A stretch of DNA of 64,000 nt from Octopus vulgaris (taxonomy: Eukaryota). The notes under the pieces are model-generated. The model saw nothing but the letters and a program-made list of their open reading frames with translations, searched no databases and was not told the DNA's origin. Below are positions 12,562-26,044 of this stretch, piece after piece (position 1 is the first letter of the stretch; every line of letters starts with the position of its first letter). Both the position numbers and the translations under genes were made by a program. Location of the stretch: the NCBI GenBank assembly GCA_951406725.2, contig OX597826.1, positions 71,796,001-71,860,000 on the forward strand, in the 5' to 3' direction.

Positions 12562-13010
12562 TATTGCTCAGAACATTGACCTCCTGGAATCTGTCCAGAG
12601 ACGTGCAACCAAACGCATACCCTCTATCAGACACCTACCATATTCTGAGCGCCTTGTTTCCCTGGGCATGGATTCACTGAAGCTCCAGCATCTGGCGACG
12701 GACTTGGTAAACACCCACAAAGTTATCAACCACCTCACCAACAACAACACTGAACACCTTTTTGATCTCCATGTGTCTAACACACGTGGACATGCCTACA
12801 AAGTCAGAAAACAACACAGCTCCCATGACTTTCGGAAACATTTTTTCACGCTCAGAGTTGCTGAAGCATGGAATAAACTGCCTGCGTCAGTTGTTGACTG
12901 CCATTACACTGCATCCTTTAAGGCCCTCATGCTTTCCGAAATCCGCCGAAACTACACCTGGTTATATATACACTTTAGATGAGTTGTAGTGCACCTGAGC
13001 ATTGTACACA

Positions 13011-13040
<30 letters not shown>
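12562..13040 (+). mobile_element. CR1-clade LINE 3' end (5'-truncated)
   Basis: LLESVQRRATKRIPSIRHLPYSERL...TRGHAYKVRKQ...RKHFFTLRVAEAWNKLP, then (ATT)n tail. Confidence 0.92.
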
Positions 13041-13045
<5 letters not shown>

Positions 13046-13197
13046 CTCCTCTGAGCCATGAACTCCCTAAGGCAAGCTTCAAACACTTGTCAGAAGCAAG
13101 ACAGCTGCGACATAAGCCATGTCTGTGAAACCTGTCAAAGCTTTAAATAAATTAATAAAAAAATATTTAACTATTCTCAGTGCATTTTCAACTTCTA

Positions 13198-13462
13198 TTT
13201 TTCAAAATATTCTGTTGTGTCTGGGGAGAGTCATTTTTTTTTTTTGTGCCTTGTAATGTAACACACTTGACTATTGAAAAGGTTGCAAGAACAACAAAAA
13301 TTTTAGGAAAATAAAAATAAAAAAATAAGTGGAAATTTTACCGGTGAGTGTGTTACATTATAAGGCACAAAAAGAAAATGACTCTCCCCAGACACAACAG
13401 AATATGCTTCAACACACGAACTCATATAAAGAATCTTGCAAACCAAATCCCCCCAAAAATTT
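13198..13462. mobile_element. Fold-back element; same family as 19945-20208
   Basis: tattctgttgtgtctggggagagtcattt...gtgccttgtaatgtaacacact is inverted at 13347-13404. Confidence 0.8.
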
Positions 13463-13703
13463 TTCAAAATATTATACATATATATATATAATGTGTGTGT
13501 GTGTATTTACACTAATTCCTGCGAACAATATGATGATGCCTTGAGTTTAATCCATAATCTTGTTCGTCTTCTGGAGTTTGTTGAAACAGAAAGCTAAAGA
13601 ACGTTTTCTCTTTCCTACTAATCCCTCACCACTTTCCCCAACTCACTGTATTCTGTTGTTATATTTAATATTATCATTTTCTCTCAGTAATATTTATAAT
13701 TTC

Positions 13704-13895
13704 AAGGCAGTGAGCTGGCAGAATCATTAGCATGCCAGGCAAAACGCTTAGCAGCATTTCATCTGTCTTTACATTATGAGTTCAAATTCTGCCGAGGTTC
13801 ACTTTGCCTTTCAACCTAACGGGGTCGATAAATTAAGTACCAGTGAAACACTGGGGTTGATGTAATTGACAAGTCCCCACCCCTCCAAAATTTCA
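13704..13895 (+). mobile_element. SINE family C; other copies ~21956-22147(-), 22716-22940(-), 36707-36920, 39215-39380(-), 46200-46390
   Basis: aaggcagtgagctggcagaatc...gagttcaaattc...actttgcctttca...ggggtcgataaattaagtaccag core. Confidence 0.85.
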
Positions 13896-13896
13896 A

Positions 13897-14397
13897 GAGA
13901 ATACCCTCCATCAGGCATTTGCCATATTCTGAACTCCTTACTTCCCTGGGCATGGATACATTGAAACTCTGACGTCTGGCAGCTGACTTGGCAGACACCC
14001 ATAAAATTATTAACCATCTTACAAACAATAACTCTGAGCACCTTTTCAAACTCCACCCATCTAGCACCCGTGGACATGATTACAAAGTCAGAAAACAGCA
14101 CAGCTCCCATGACTTTCGGAAACATTTTTTCACGCTAAGAGTTGCTGAAGCATGTAACAAACTGCCGGCATCAGTTGTTAGTAGTCAGAGCATTGCATCT
14201 TTCAAAACTTCTATGCTTCCTGAGATTCGCCAACACTACACCTGATTTCCTCTCCTCCATACACACACAAGCATGTATTTGACTCATACACTGCTCACTT
14301 CCCAGACATTTGTACATTACTGCATATGCTTTATACGCACTTTTGACAAGTTGTGGTGCACCTGAGCACTGTATACAATAATTTCATTATTATTATT
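13897..14397 (+). mobile_element. CR1-clade LINE 3' end, second copy
   Basis: Paralogous to 12562-13040; HKIINHLTNNNSEHLF...TRGHDYKVRKQ, longer 3' UTR, (ATT)n tail. Confidence 0.92.
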
Positions 14398-14799
14398 TAA
14401 TACATATTATATTGACACAGGAGTGGCTGTGTGGTTGGTAGCTTGTATACCAACCACATGGTTCCAGGTTCAGTCCCACTGCGTGGTACCTTGAACAAGT
14501 GTCTTCTACTATAGCCTAGGGCTGACCAAAGCCATGTGAGTGGATTTCGTAGACGGAAACTGAATGAAGCCCATCGTATATATAAATATATATATATATA
14601 TATGTGTGTATGTATGTCTGTGTTTCTCCCGCCACTATTACTTGACAACTGATGTTGGTGTGTTTACGTCCCCGTTCAGCAAAAGAACCGATAAAATAAC
14701 TTTTAGGTTTACAAAGAATAAGGGCTCCGGTCGATTTGCTTGACTAAAGGCGGTGCTCCAGCATGGCAACTGTCAAATGACAGAAACAAATAATAGAAT

Positions 14800-15080
14800 A
14801 TGATATAAATATTTGAAAGCAAAACTTCAAGCAATGCTGGTGAAACATTAGACAAAATACTTTTGTTAATGTCGATACCTGAAAACAAAGACAAAAAGGT
14901 ATTGTGTTACCTGATCTACATTGTTTAATGATCTTAAAATAGTATAGGATCATTAAATAACTATGTAAGGTAACACAATATCTTCTACCTTTGTTTCCAC
15001 TTTTTTGACGTACCTGTGTATGTTTTGTCTAAATTCTCACCTGCATTGCTCGTAGGTTTTTCAAAACATTGACATCAATT
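14800..15080. repeat. Old palindromic (fold-back) element
   Basis: Nested complementary blocks: agcaatgc/gcattgct, tagacaaaa/ttttgtcta, ggtattgtgttacct/aggtaacacaatatc, tttaatgatc/gatcattaaa. Confidence 0.8.
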
Positions 15081-15356
15081 ACACACACCATACACTGCAA
15101 TGTTTCATGCAAATTAGAATATTCTTTGATGTGTGTGTTTGTGTATTTGTGTGTATGTGTGTGAGTGTATATATATATACATATCAAAGAGAGGTTTAAC
15201 TTGCATGTATGTATGTATATATATGAACAGTAAGAGGGTATAAGAAATAAAGATAAAAGGAGAGGGAAAGAAAGACAATAAATCTACAACATAGTCTTTT
15301 GCTATGGGGCAAATTACATGTGTGTGTGTGTGTGCATGCATATTGAAATATATAAT

Positions 15357-15394
<38 letters not shown>

Positions 15395-15943
15395 ATAGGT
15401 TAGTATGATCCAAAGATCCTGGTATTTGAAATTAGTAAGCCTCTGGCATGTATATTCAATATGCCTACTCCACCTTTATATATATGTAAAGGGTTTTTTT
15501 TTTTTACGTGACATAGTTATTTGCTTTTAGCTGAAATTCCTTTATTTTTAATCTTATTATCTTATTTTACTATGTTTCATTTCTCATTTTTTTCATCTTC
15601 GTTTATTTATGCTTTTTTTTAATATATTTTTGCCGCCTAAATTCTATACATGACATCTATTTCTCCTTGTTTAGTTTACTACCCCTGTGTTAAGGATGCT
15701 CCAATAATTTATCTGTGTTAGTTGTCAAAAATTATTGGTCAACTTAATGCACAATTGGTTTCGTTGTCTGTTATCACCCTAATACCAATGTGCAATGGAA
15801 TTTCATTGCCCTTCCTTAGACTCTCATTCTCTTTAGTTCTTTCTACCTCACCGACCCCTCTATGTATCGTCCTTGTTTGATTAAATGACATCTATAAATA
15901 TGCTTGCCTTGTTTCTTTTTGGGGTGACTTACCTACAAACATA

Positions 15944-16362
15944 TGGACACTAAAGAAAGCTGACCAGAAGAGAATTAATGCATTCAAGCTTTGGTGTTGG
16001 AGAAGACTTTTACGGATTCCATGGACAGCAAGGCTCACCAATGGAGAAATTCTTAACCAGATCAAGCCGAAAGTGTCACTAGAAGCTAGGATCACCAAGC
16101 ATAGATTGACATATTTTGGTCATATTATGCAGAGAAAATTCCTGCAGACGGACATCATGCTCGGAATGGTCAGTGGCAAGAGATGAAGAGGCCGATCAAG
16201 AACCCGCTGGCTTGACACCATCAAGAGTAACACAGGAATGGATATAGCCAATCTGAAAGAAGCAACCTAGGATAGAACTGGCTGGAGGACACTGATCCAT
16301 CGAGTAACCGAGAGTCAACTTCAACTGAGCGGATAGATAGATAGATAGATAGATGGATAGAT
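15944..16362 (+). mobile_element. RTE-BovB-like LINE 3' end
   Basis: WTLKKADQKRINAFKLWCWRRLLRIPWTARLTN...RLTYFGHIMQR...RGRSRTRWLD with in-frame stops; (GATA)n tail. Confidence 0.92.
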
Positions 16363-16465
16363 ACCTACAAACATTTAATTTCATTGGTCATCTTATTTTG
16401 ATTTTGTCTTTTTTTTCTCGACTCACCATTTTTGTTGTGACTAAACTGATGACTCATTTACTCAC

Positions 16466-16504
16466 CTCCATGTGACAATGTAGGCAACTTGAAGGCAATG
16501 GAAC
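16466..16504 (-). other. Candidate 39-nt spliced exon of an unidentified transcript
   Basis: ggctaatcttcag|gttcc...atggag|gtgagt; strong donor, open in all three frames; product not recognised. Confidence 0.3.
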
Positions 16505-17180
16505 CTGAAGATTAGCCAAGAAGCTTTTATGTGTGTTACAAGTTATGTTACAAACATTGTTTTAGCTATGAAACATTTGTAGTCTTTATTGACCTTTTCC
16601 ATTCCATACATTCTCAGATTTCTTTGTTAGTGCTATTACATGGCAGTGAAACATGGACGCTGGAAAAGAAATTTTCTGGCTGCTCACGAACCGCATGGTT
16701 TTGGGTTCAGTCCCACTGCATGGCACCTTGGGCAAGTGTCTTCTACTATAGTCTCGGGTCAACCAAAGCCTTGTGAGTGGTTTTGGTAGACAGAAACTGA
16801 AAGAAGCCCGTCATATATATATGTATGTGTGTGTATATGTTTGTGTGTCTGTGTTTGTCCCCCCAACATTGCTTGATAACCGAAGGCAGTGATGATGGAC
16901 CGAGAAGGGAGGCAGCTGGACCAGGAGCCATGTGGTTGGGAAGCAAATTTCTTACCAGCCAGCCATGCCTATACCTATGCCTACATAAATATAAAGAAAA
17001 TAATGAGTACTGGGGTTGCTTAGTTTGACTAAAATCCCTCAAGGCAGTGCCCCAGCATGGCCACAGTCTAATGACTGAAAAAAGTAAAATATATATATAT
17101 ATATATATGATAAAGGGTAATATTATGTGGTGAAGCAAATTTTGCTGAACCCTAATTATAATTATATTCATAATTATAGA

Positions 17181-17223
<43 letters not shown>

Positions 17224-17283
17224 ATGTATGTATATATATATATCACACATGCACACACACACACATGCACACACACACACATG

Positions 17284-17314
<31 letters not shown>

Positions 17315-18222
17315 ATACTTGCACACACACACATGCACGCACATGCACACACACACACATGCACACACACACACACACACACATATGCACGCGCACACAC
17401 ACACACACACACACAAGCTCTTCTTCACAGGGTGAAGTGCCGGAACAGCCAGCCTCTCTCATGAGCTTCATCTCTGATTTTCTGCTGAGATGATGGTATC
17501 CTAACAATGACAAACGTTCGTTTATTTGTCTGAATAATTACCAGAAAAGAACGACACTTACCAACAATATATTATTGATTACTTCTTGTAGAAAACTTTT
17601 TAATAATATTTTACAAAAATGCACAATATATATAGGGTTAGGCAGAAACAACGATGTGTAGCTTCTTGCTGGTGCAAAACCACCACAGGTTCTTATAAAG
17701 CCTATCATCATATGCTTCCATGGTAACTAGCACCATAGTGACAGCTTCATTCTTCAACTGTCTCCATAACATCTCCACTGCCATTCATATTTATTGTTAT
17801 TGCTACAACTCTCTCTACATATACAGAAAACGCTTCAGCCCTGGAAATCTATCTGTCTAGTATGATAGCATGAAAAATGCACTGAGTTCACACTCTGGAG
17901 TGATTTTCAGACAGGGAGCAGAGGTGTAGCCTGGTTCTAAAATTAGGGGGAGCAAGTACTTAAAAAAAAAGGCACCAATTTTTAATACATTTCTCTTATA
18001 TTACACCAAATATTTCATTTGTTATAATATGCGTAAATGTATTTTATATTCATTAATTTCAAGTTTCAGTAATATGTCATTATATATGAAAGTTACAACT
18101 AGTAATATTAGTAACTAACGAGTATAAAAAAAATTGTTGAAGAGGCACCAATTTTGAAAAATGTTCTTGGAGGAAGTGATCGTTTCCCTAGCTCCCCTTC
18201 TAGGGGGTGCACTGTCATCATT

Positions 18223-18254
<32 letters not shown>

Positions 18255-19168
18255 TTAATGTCCACTTTTCCATGTTTGCATAGAGGAGAGGGAATTTGTT
18301 GAGGCAAATTTTCGACAGGCAGATGCCCTTCCTATGGAAAACCCTCATCTGTTTCCCAAGCAAGATAATATTTCCCCATGGCTAGACATGTTTTCCACAG
18401 AAGACAGGAAACTAACAGCATTGCTTGTATAATGGTAATGCTTACTTACAACCATGGGTACACTCAAACATACATATAAACATATATGCATATATATGTG
18501 ATGGGCTTCTTTCAGTTTCCATCTACCAAACCGACTGACAAGACTTTAGGTGACCCAGTGCTATAATAGAAGACACATGCCCAAGGTGCCACACTGTGGG
18601 AATGAATCCAAGATCGCATAGTAGGGAAGTAATTTTCTTGACTACACAGGCATGCCTGCATCTGTCCAACTGTGAAATACTCCAAGACATGAGTCATCGA
18701 TATATTAGTATAATACAAAAAGATCTATGCTTCCATGTTTATAATTATTGGCTGTAGTTCTTTAGTTAATGACGGAATAAATAGAAAATTGTTTTAAGGT
18801 AAAAACACCTGTTTATGTGTACAATCCATCAACCATCACCAAATGGTGTTGGAAACGGGTACCCACCCACCACCAGAAATTCATCTCTTGTTAGAAAACC
18901 AACATCAACCTCTGCATCCACCATCAATTAAATGTGTGCAAAATATAAGATGGAAACAAGCCTCAGCTAGACTCCTTTTGGGCAGGAAATTCTTCAGCAT
19001 GGGTAAAATGTTTTATTGGCAGAGAAAAAGATAAAGTAACTGAAATAGTTAGTGTGTAGTAAAATAATTAAGCTTAAACTGGTTATAGGTAATCTGACAA
19101 CAATACTAATATTTATATGTGTGCTACAAACAGCACATGTAGATGAACAAAAGGAATGCTTTTATGAG

Positions 19169-19480
19169 TACCGTAAATCCTCGAGCATAATCCACATTTT
19201 TTTCCCAAAATTTAAAGGTCAAAATCCCTAGTGCGTACTATATACAAGGGTAAAAAATGAAAACTATTTTCTAAGCAATGTTCAAGTCTCTATTTGCTGT
19301 CCGGAAATCTTTATTCAGACGCATTTTGTGATGTCGGGTGCGAAAATACCTTAAGCTAAGCCTGAAAGCAATGAAGTCATAAAAGAATCGTCCATAACTT
19401 GCAGTAAGCAACATTTATTAAACGTTATTACTGTTATTTCTTTATTTTCTGCAAACAAAATGCACAAAAAGGCTACAGAA
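19169..19480 (+). mobile_element. pogo/Tigger-like MITE, truncated
   Basis: ta-ccgtaaatcctcgagcataatcc; near-identical to the 5' part of 43950-44471. Confidence 0.85.
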
Positions 19481-19499
19481 TAATATATGAGAAAGAAAG

Positions 19500-19900
19500 A
19501 AATCTCCCAAAACTGTAATTTGAATGACCTAATCATTTTTAACTTCAGAAAACTGGTCATTAACCTAGTCACCAACCAATCAGGTGAATGGTCAAGCCAA
19601 ATAACCTTCGTAATCCCCAGGAAAAGGCATAAACTTATGGTTGTGTATTCTGAGTGTTTTCTTAGTGAATTATATACCACTCAACATAGACTAGTGATTA
19701 GTGATGTTAGTATAATAGTTAGATGGATCCAGAGATTCAGAGACACAAAACAATTCTGGAGAAGGATAGCATAGTGGTTGCAAGTTTTTTAAGTTCTGAG
19801 GAGTAATAGCTGATGCATATAATGAGAGAAAGAGCAATAGATTTATAACATAGAAGACAACTGGAATTTCTTCAAGACAGCCTGCAGAAGGCAACAGACT
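19500..19900 (+). mobile_element. RTE LINE AP-endonuclease remnant
   Basis: CNLNDLIIFNFRKLVINLVTNQSGEWSSQITFV...TTQHRLVISD resembles the APE motifs NTxFxK..TY.SG..SQIDY..HRLV. Confidence 0.7.
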
Positions 19901-19944
19901 AGGTCTGTGGCTCATGATAATTTCTTGCCAAATGGAGGCTGAAA

Positions 19945-20208
19945 TTTCGTTTTTGGATTGGGTTTGCAAGATTCTTTATATGAGTTCGTGTGTTGAAACA
20001 TATTCTGTTGTGTCTGGGGAGAGTCATTTTATTTTTGTGCCTTATAATTCAACACACTCACCAGTAAAATTTCCACTTTTCTCTTATTTTTTGCAAGACG
20101 CAACGAAAATTTTAGGACAATAAAAATAAGAAAAAAGTGGAAATATTACCAGTGAGTGTGTTATATTATAAGGTACAAAAAGAAAATGACTCTCCCCAGA
20201 CACAACAG
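19945..20208. mobile_element. Fold-back element, second copy in opposite orientation
   Basis: ctgttgtgtctggggagagtcatttt...cactcaccagtaaaatttccac mirrored at 20137-20207. Confidence 0.8.
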
Positions 20209-20899
20209 GAAGATGACATGATGATGGAATAATATTGTAAGTAGAGCCATGAAAACTATGAGTTAGATCTGGGAAAACTGAAGCAAAAAATTGTATAAAA
20301 TAACTAAAAAAATCTAGACATAAAAGTAAGAAAAGCAAGAAGAGGAGATGAAAGCAGGTTTTCACTTGTTTTGCAATGTAAGGATCAAGGTGTGAAGTGC
20401 TTTGGATTGTAAGGCAGTGCACCTGGGTAGATTATATCATCAAGGAGAGAAAGGTGTATAGGATGAATGCACTTGCTCTTGTTAATGTTGTAACGTAAAA
20501 GGCACAGAAATGCCATTGTGGAAGATTGGTGGAAGTGAAGATTGTAAAGAAAGTGAAAGTAAAAGGACCAACTCTGAGTAGATCTAACAGAAATTCAGCT
20601 TCTTGTAATCAGTCTTTACTGTATCTCTTGCCATCTTCTGTTGTTCTCTTCTTCTGGTTCTACACTCTTTGAGCACAGCACACAAGGCATTTTGTTTACA
20701 GCTATCATTCTCTACATGCATTAACTGCCAGTTCTTCTACAATTCTCCGTCCGGGTTGCGGATCCGTGATATAAGCTGCCAGACGAGATGGTGAAGATGC
20801 CGACGACCGCTCGGTTCAAAGTCTCCCTTGACCACAAGTGGCCTGAACTCTTTACATGAACACCACCCTGTACATAACTCCATGTCTCCCTACATGGCC

Positions 20900-23460
20900 T
20901 TGCTTTTTGCTTTTTGAGCCAAATTAACTAACTAACTAACATTTGATTCTTGCATGCTTTATCGGATTCCCCTGACACCCATTTTTCTCTCAGCTCATTT
21001 GTACACCGTCATTGCAGCACAGACTCACAGCAGTTTTTCAAGCGTTTGCACACAACTTATGCTTCCATGGCTCACATCTTGTGACCCTGCAGCATTGCAT
21101 TTTGCATCATATGTTTTAATCTTCACTCTCAGAGAGAAACCCTTTATTACCAGTAGAGGTAACAACTCTTTGAATTCCCCTATTCTGCTTTCAGTTCCAC
21201 TATATCACATGTGTATCTACAGTTTACATTAGATATATCATATGGAATTTCTATCTATTCCCTTATTTTACATATTGATCATGGCCATTTCACTGATGGT
21301 AGCAGGGTCCTGTCTTCTTTCCTACTTATAGCCACCTTTGTTTTTTGCTTAGTTTACTTTGAGGTCTTTCGATTCTAAGTGTTGATTTCATGTCTGGAAT
21401 TTCTTCTCTAAATCTTCAGCTATGAGAACTAGGTCACCAGCATGCAAGAGTTCCTACAGACAACTGGAAGATGGCTTTGGTAGTACTTTTACCTGGCATA
21501 AAGCCAAAGCACTTCTCATCCAAGCTAATTCTGGTCCTAAGCAATTGTGCTTTTGCTCTTTCCACAGCTTCCAGAACTTGGTCTAATAATGACTGGATGT
21601 TGCAGTAGTTACCTTCCCCAAGTACATTGCATATAATCTTGTTGCTGTTGATGATGGTAGTGTTATGCTAGTCATTGGGTATGATACATTCCTGTACCAC
21701 CTGATTGATTTTGTGAGTGACCTACTTCCCCAGATGTTTTCAGCATTTCACTGACTCTGTATGATCATCCAATTGTATCCCCTGCCTTCCTAAACTGGGC
21801 TTGCAACCAGACTATTGTCAATTTCAGTGGCTGATTCTTTTGTTGGGTCTATTTCAGGTACAACCTCTGTTTCCTATGCAGTCTCTCCTCACAAAAACAT
21901 TTCATAATAGCATTTCCTTTTAGTACAGTGAGGGCAAGTGTGCTGTTAACCTTCTTATTTCTTTATTGCTCACAAGGGGCTAAATATAGAGGGGGACAAA
22001 CAAGGACAGACAAAGGGATTGAGTCGATTAGATCGACCCCAGTGCGTAACTAGTACTTAATTTATCGACCCCGAAAGGGATGAAAGGCAAAGTCAATCTT
22101 GGCGAAATTTGAACTCAGAACATAACGGCAGATGAAATACCGCTAAGGGCAAATGTGCTGTTAATCTTCTATCCACACTTCTCCCTAATGACATCTGGAT
22201 TTTCTTTCACATGCAACCTTGCAATCCAGAATATTCCACTCTTCTGATCTTCATATTACCAAACAGATGCAAGCCTTTTACTTTCAGCTTCTCCTTTTAC
22301 TAAATATACTTGACCTGTAGCTTCTCTTCTAGATATATACTTTGCTCTTTCCTATGCATTTTTTTTTTCAGGTTTGTCTCTTAACTTTTGACTCTGTCTA
22401 CAGTGTTGCACTGTTACCTTCTCTTTGGCCTCTGATCCTATCCATAGCCTTTGGCAGATTGTCTTACAAGAACTACCAGTTGTTCTCAATGTCTCCATCT
22501 ACTTTTCCTTTTTATTTTCATCTTTTAGTTAGTAAAGAAGGCAGTATCTATGAGGTTACTGTAGGGCCTGTGAGACTGGATGGAGGGAGGGAGAGAGGGA
22601 GGGAAGGAAGCATTCTCAAAGCAGGAACCTGGCCTGAAAGCTTGCCATAGAAAGGATTCTGTTAAAGGCACCTAAGATGTGCAGGTACCAGGTGGTGGTA
22701 TTAGACCAGGTGACAAGTCTACCACCCAAGTAAGCTACAGCAGGATTTGAACTCAGAATGCAAAGTACTGGCACAAATATTGCAACCCATTCAATCTGAT
22801 ATTCTTTGAGCCCCACTAATTCAATTCCTGGTTTTTTATCGAATCCAAAAGGAATGAAAGGCAAAGTTAACCTTAGTGGGATTTGAACTCAGAACATTTT
22901 GAGTCAGAATAAATGCCACAAAGTGTTCTATCTGAATCTCTAATGATATTTCCAATGCACTAATTATTATTTCTTTGAACTTGCAACTCATAGCTGTCCC
23001 CTTTCAGCTTCCATACTTTCTTTCATCAGATTGTCTTGTGTCTTTAAGTCTGCCTAGCTCTTACCTGAAAAATCCCTGACTACTATTCTATCTTGTTCGC
23101 TGGTAGATTATTCACCAGGAAGAGATTTAGTATTCCCGATTGTTCCATTTCTTGGTGAGTATATAGCTTATCTAGCCTGTCTGTTCACCTGATTGGTCTG
23201 TGATTAAGTGTCTTGCTGGTTTCCTGAAATTTACACCAGTGAACAGTAAGAACCAAGTTCGCCCTACATATTCTGTACTATAAGGATAGCTTTTATGTGT
23301 GTCAGGGAATCCATCATGTTGTAGCTCAGCATTTCCATTAAAATTGCCAATTCTGATAATGAAGCCATTATCATTCGTAAGCAAAGTAGCCTACAAAACG
23401 ATCTTCTAAAAATCAGTATTTCTCTTCATCTGACAGACTGTTGTACAGAGACACAGACAA
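20900..23460 (-). mobile_element. Heavily decayed, interrupted RTE LINE (APE to RT pieces)
   Basis: 23172-23384 IIRIGNFNGN...NFRKPARHLITDQSG; RT-like LLHAGDLVLIAE near 21415-21455; SINE insertions within. Confidence 0.6.
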
Positions 23461-23996
23461 TTGCCACTGTCCTACTGTGCGTTCTTATGAGGTGGTATCA
23501 AAAATTTCCTGAACTAGTACTGTAGAGTGCCAACAGATGGCAGCATACAGTTGCGTGCAGTGAGAGCTAGCAGTAACCTTCATGAGGTGGTGTACTAAGT
23601 GACATTGCTGTATTTACTTTGCAAGTTGTAAAATTTGTGTTTTTGTAATCAGGTGCAAGCTGTAGTCTGTGGTGTTTGTCATGGAGAGGAGGTTGAGAGA
23701 AAGTGAAGTTTTGCGCTAAAGTTGGCAAGTCTGCTACAGAGACATGGAGCATGCTTTGGCAATGGGCCATATGCAAGGTTTTTGAGTGGCATGAGTGCTT
23801 CAAAAGTAGAATGTCCCTGGAAAACAGTGAGCAATCTAGAAGACCTGCCATGACCATCACCCCTGGAAATGTGGAGGAAATTCATCAGTTTGTGCATGAG
23901 GATTATCAGAGGACAATCAGTGATGTTTTGAAATGTTTGAGGGAGGACATTCGATGAAAGCAACTGAATCTGTGGAGCATGAAGAATTGGATTCTT

Positions 23997-24305
23997 GGAG
24001 GCACATGGCCTAGTGGTTAGAGCAGCAGACTCGCAGTCAAAGGATCACAGGTTCAAATCTCAGACCGGGCGATCTGTGTATTTATGAGTGAAACACCTAA
24101 GCTCCATGCGGCTCCAGCAGAAGGTAATGGCAAACTTCTGCTGACTCTTTCGCCACAACTTTCTATCATTCTTTCCTCTTGCATCTTGCAGCTCACCTGC
24201 GATGGACCGGCATCCCATCCAGGTGGGGAACTGATATGCCAAGGAAACCAGGAAATTGGCCCTTATGAACCAGGCATGACTAGAGAAGGAACAAACAACA
24301 AAAAC
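23997..24305 (+). mobile_element. tRNA-derived SINE with 12-bp TSD
   Basis: TSD aattggattctt at 23985-23996 and 24306-24317; A box tggcctagtggt, B box ggttcaaatc; (AAC)-rich tail. Confidence 0.92.
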
Positions 24306-24653
24306 AATTGGATTCTTCATGACAACAATGCACCCTGTTACTGATTTCTCCTCACTCATGAGTTTCTCACCACCAGCAACATGGTATTGCTTCCGCATCC
24401 ACCCTTTCCACCAGATTTAGCAGCTATAGACTTCCATCGCTTCCCCAAGATAAAAATGCAGCTCAAAGGTCGCATTTTAACACCATAGTTGAGATCAAGA
24501 GTAAATTGCAGAAGGTCTTTGACTTGCTTACAGAAAACAACTTCCAGGCTGGATTCCAAAAGTTGCAGGAATGCTGGAACTGGTGTATTGCTATGCAAGG
24601 TGACCATTTCAAAGGAGAAGATGTTAAAACTTAGATAAATAAGATATTTTTTA

Positions 24654-24882
24654 TTAACCCTTTCGTTACCAACCCGGCTGAAACCGACTCTGGCATTGTA
24701 GTACAAATGTCTTGTTTTCATAAGTTTTGAATTAAAATCTTCTACCAAACCTTAGTCACAATTTATGTTCTTAACACTTGCCGAATGATAACTAAGTTAT
24801 TTTACTAAATTCTTTGTTGTATTTAAAGTAACTGAAAGAAACACAGAGCATCTCAAAATAAATACAGTAACGAAAGGGTTAA
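24654..24882. mobile_element. TTAA-target MITE (second family)
   Basis: ttaa-ccctttcgttac...gtaacgaaaggg-ttaa. Confidence 0.9.
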
Positions 24883-25676
24883 ACATATCTTGTCCGGCAA
24901 ACTTTTTGATACCACTTTGTAAGTTTAAGCCTAATTTCTTTTTATTACACATTCTGGATACTTTATCTACATTATCCTTTTCTCTGTTTGTATCTACATC
25001 ATTTTCTACTATATATATATATATATATACTATACATGTATAATATATACTTGTTTCTGGTAGATTCGTTCAAAGAATTTGCCGGCATCTTTTTGCTGCC
25101 GACAAAAAAGACTGCGCTCACGTAGTGGATTTGAAAGAAATTAAAATGTATCAGCAATGAGGCACATGCTGGATTGGCCTCATTGTTTACATATTTAATC
25201 TTTGGTTTCCCTGTTGATGAAGACTTCGCCTGGTAAATTATTTTATTTACTAAAATAAATCATAAACCATTGGTCCAGGAAAGAGATGGTAAATGTTTTT
25301 ATTTTTCATTCCCTTCGAGAATTTATCCCTAATTAGTGGTTTGGACTTTAACTGTTCTTTCTAGCGTCAAGGATTCCTATGATGGATACCTCTTAATGTT
25401 TTTAAATGTACACTGTATTTTATATGAATAATATAGTCTATTGACTAATTTTTCTATATGCTTGGCCACTAGTAGTAAAAATTTCTAAAATCTTTATTAC
25501 CCTGATATTATTAATTATATATACTTGTATATATATATAGGTCTGTACACCTGTGTACTTTCACCCAAGCATGTAACCCATTTGTTATGTGCATAGCAAG
25601 CAATGTATATGCACTCCTATGCAAATGCAACAATCATGCATACATATGCATGGTCATATATGTATATGTATGTGTG

Positions 25677-25752
<76 letters not shown>

Positions 25753-25754
<2 letters not shown>

Positions 25755-26044
25755 AGGTGCAATGGTCCAGTGGTTAAGGCAGCGAACTCGTGGTCATAGG
25801 ATCGCGGTTTCGATTCCCAGACTGGGCATTGTGAGTGTTTATTGAGTGAAAACACCTAAAAGCTCCACGAGGCTCTGGCAGAGGTGGTGATCCCTGCTGT
25901 ACTCTTTCACCACTCTTTCTTCTGTTGGCCTGCTTGCTTAGCCAGTGGGGTGGCGTCATTCGAAGGCTAAAACAATGCGAACGCATTGTGATCAGCGATG
26001 TGTTACTGCATCTGATGAACTGGTCGGTCACGTGATCACGTGAT
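25753..26044 (+). mobile_element. tRNA-derived SINE family A, full length in (TA)n; also 5351-5505(-), 41450-41686(-)
   Basis: ggaggtgcaatggtccagtggttaag...ggtttcgattccc...ggtcacgtgatcacgtga. Confidence 0.92.

Larger units (their letters stand above)
23488..24919 (+). mobile_element. Decayed mariner element with nested SINE and MITE
   Basis: TIRs gaggtggtatcaaaaa / tttttgataccacttt at TA; KFCAKVGKSATET, WILHDNNAP, PHPPFPPDLAAIDFHRFPKIK. Confidence 0.9.

Noticed and set aside
20489-20875. Third LTR-like, CpG-containing island
   Set aside because: Ends, TSD and promoter/poly(A) signals could not be defined
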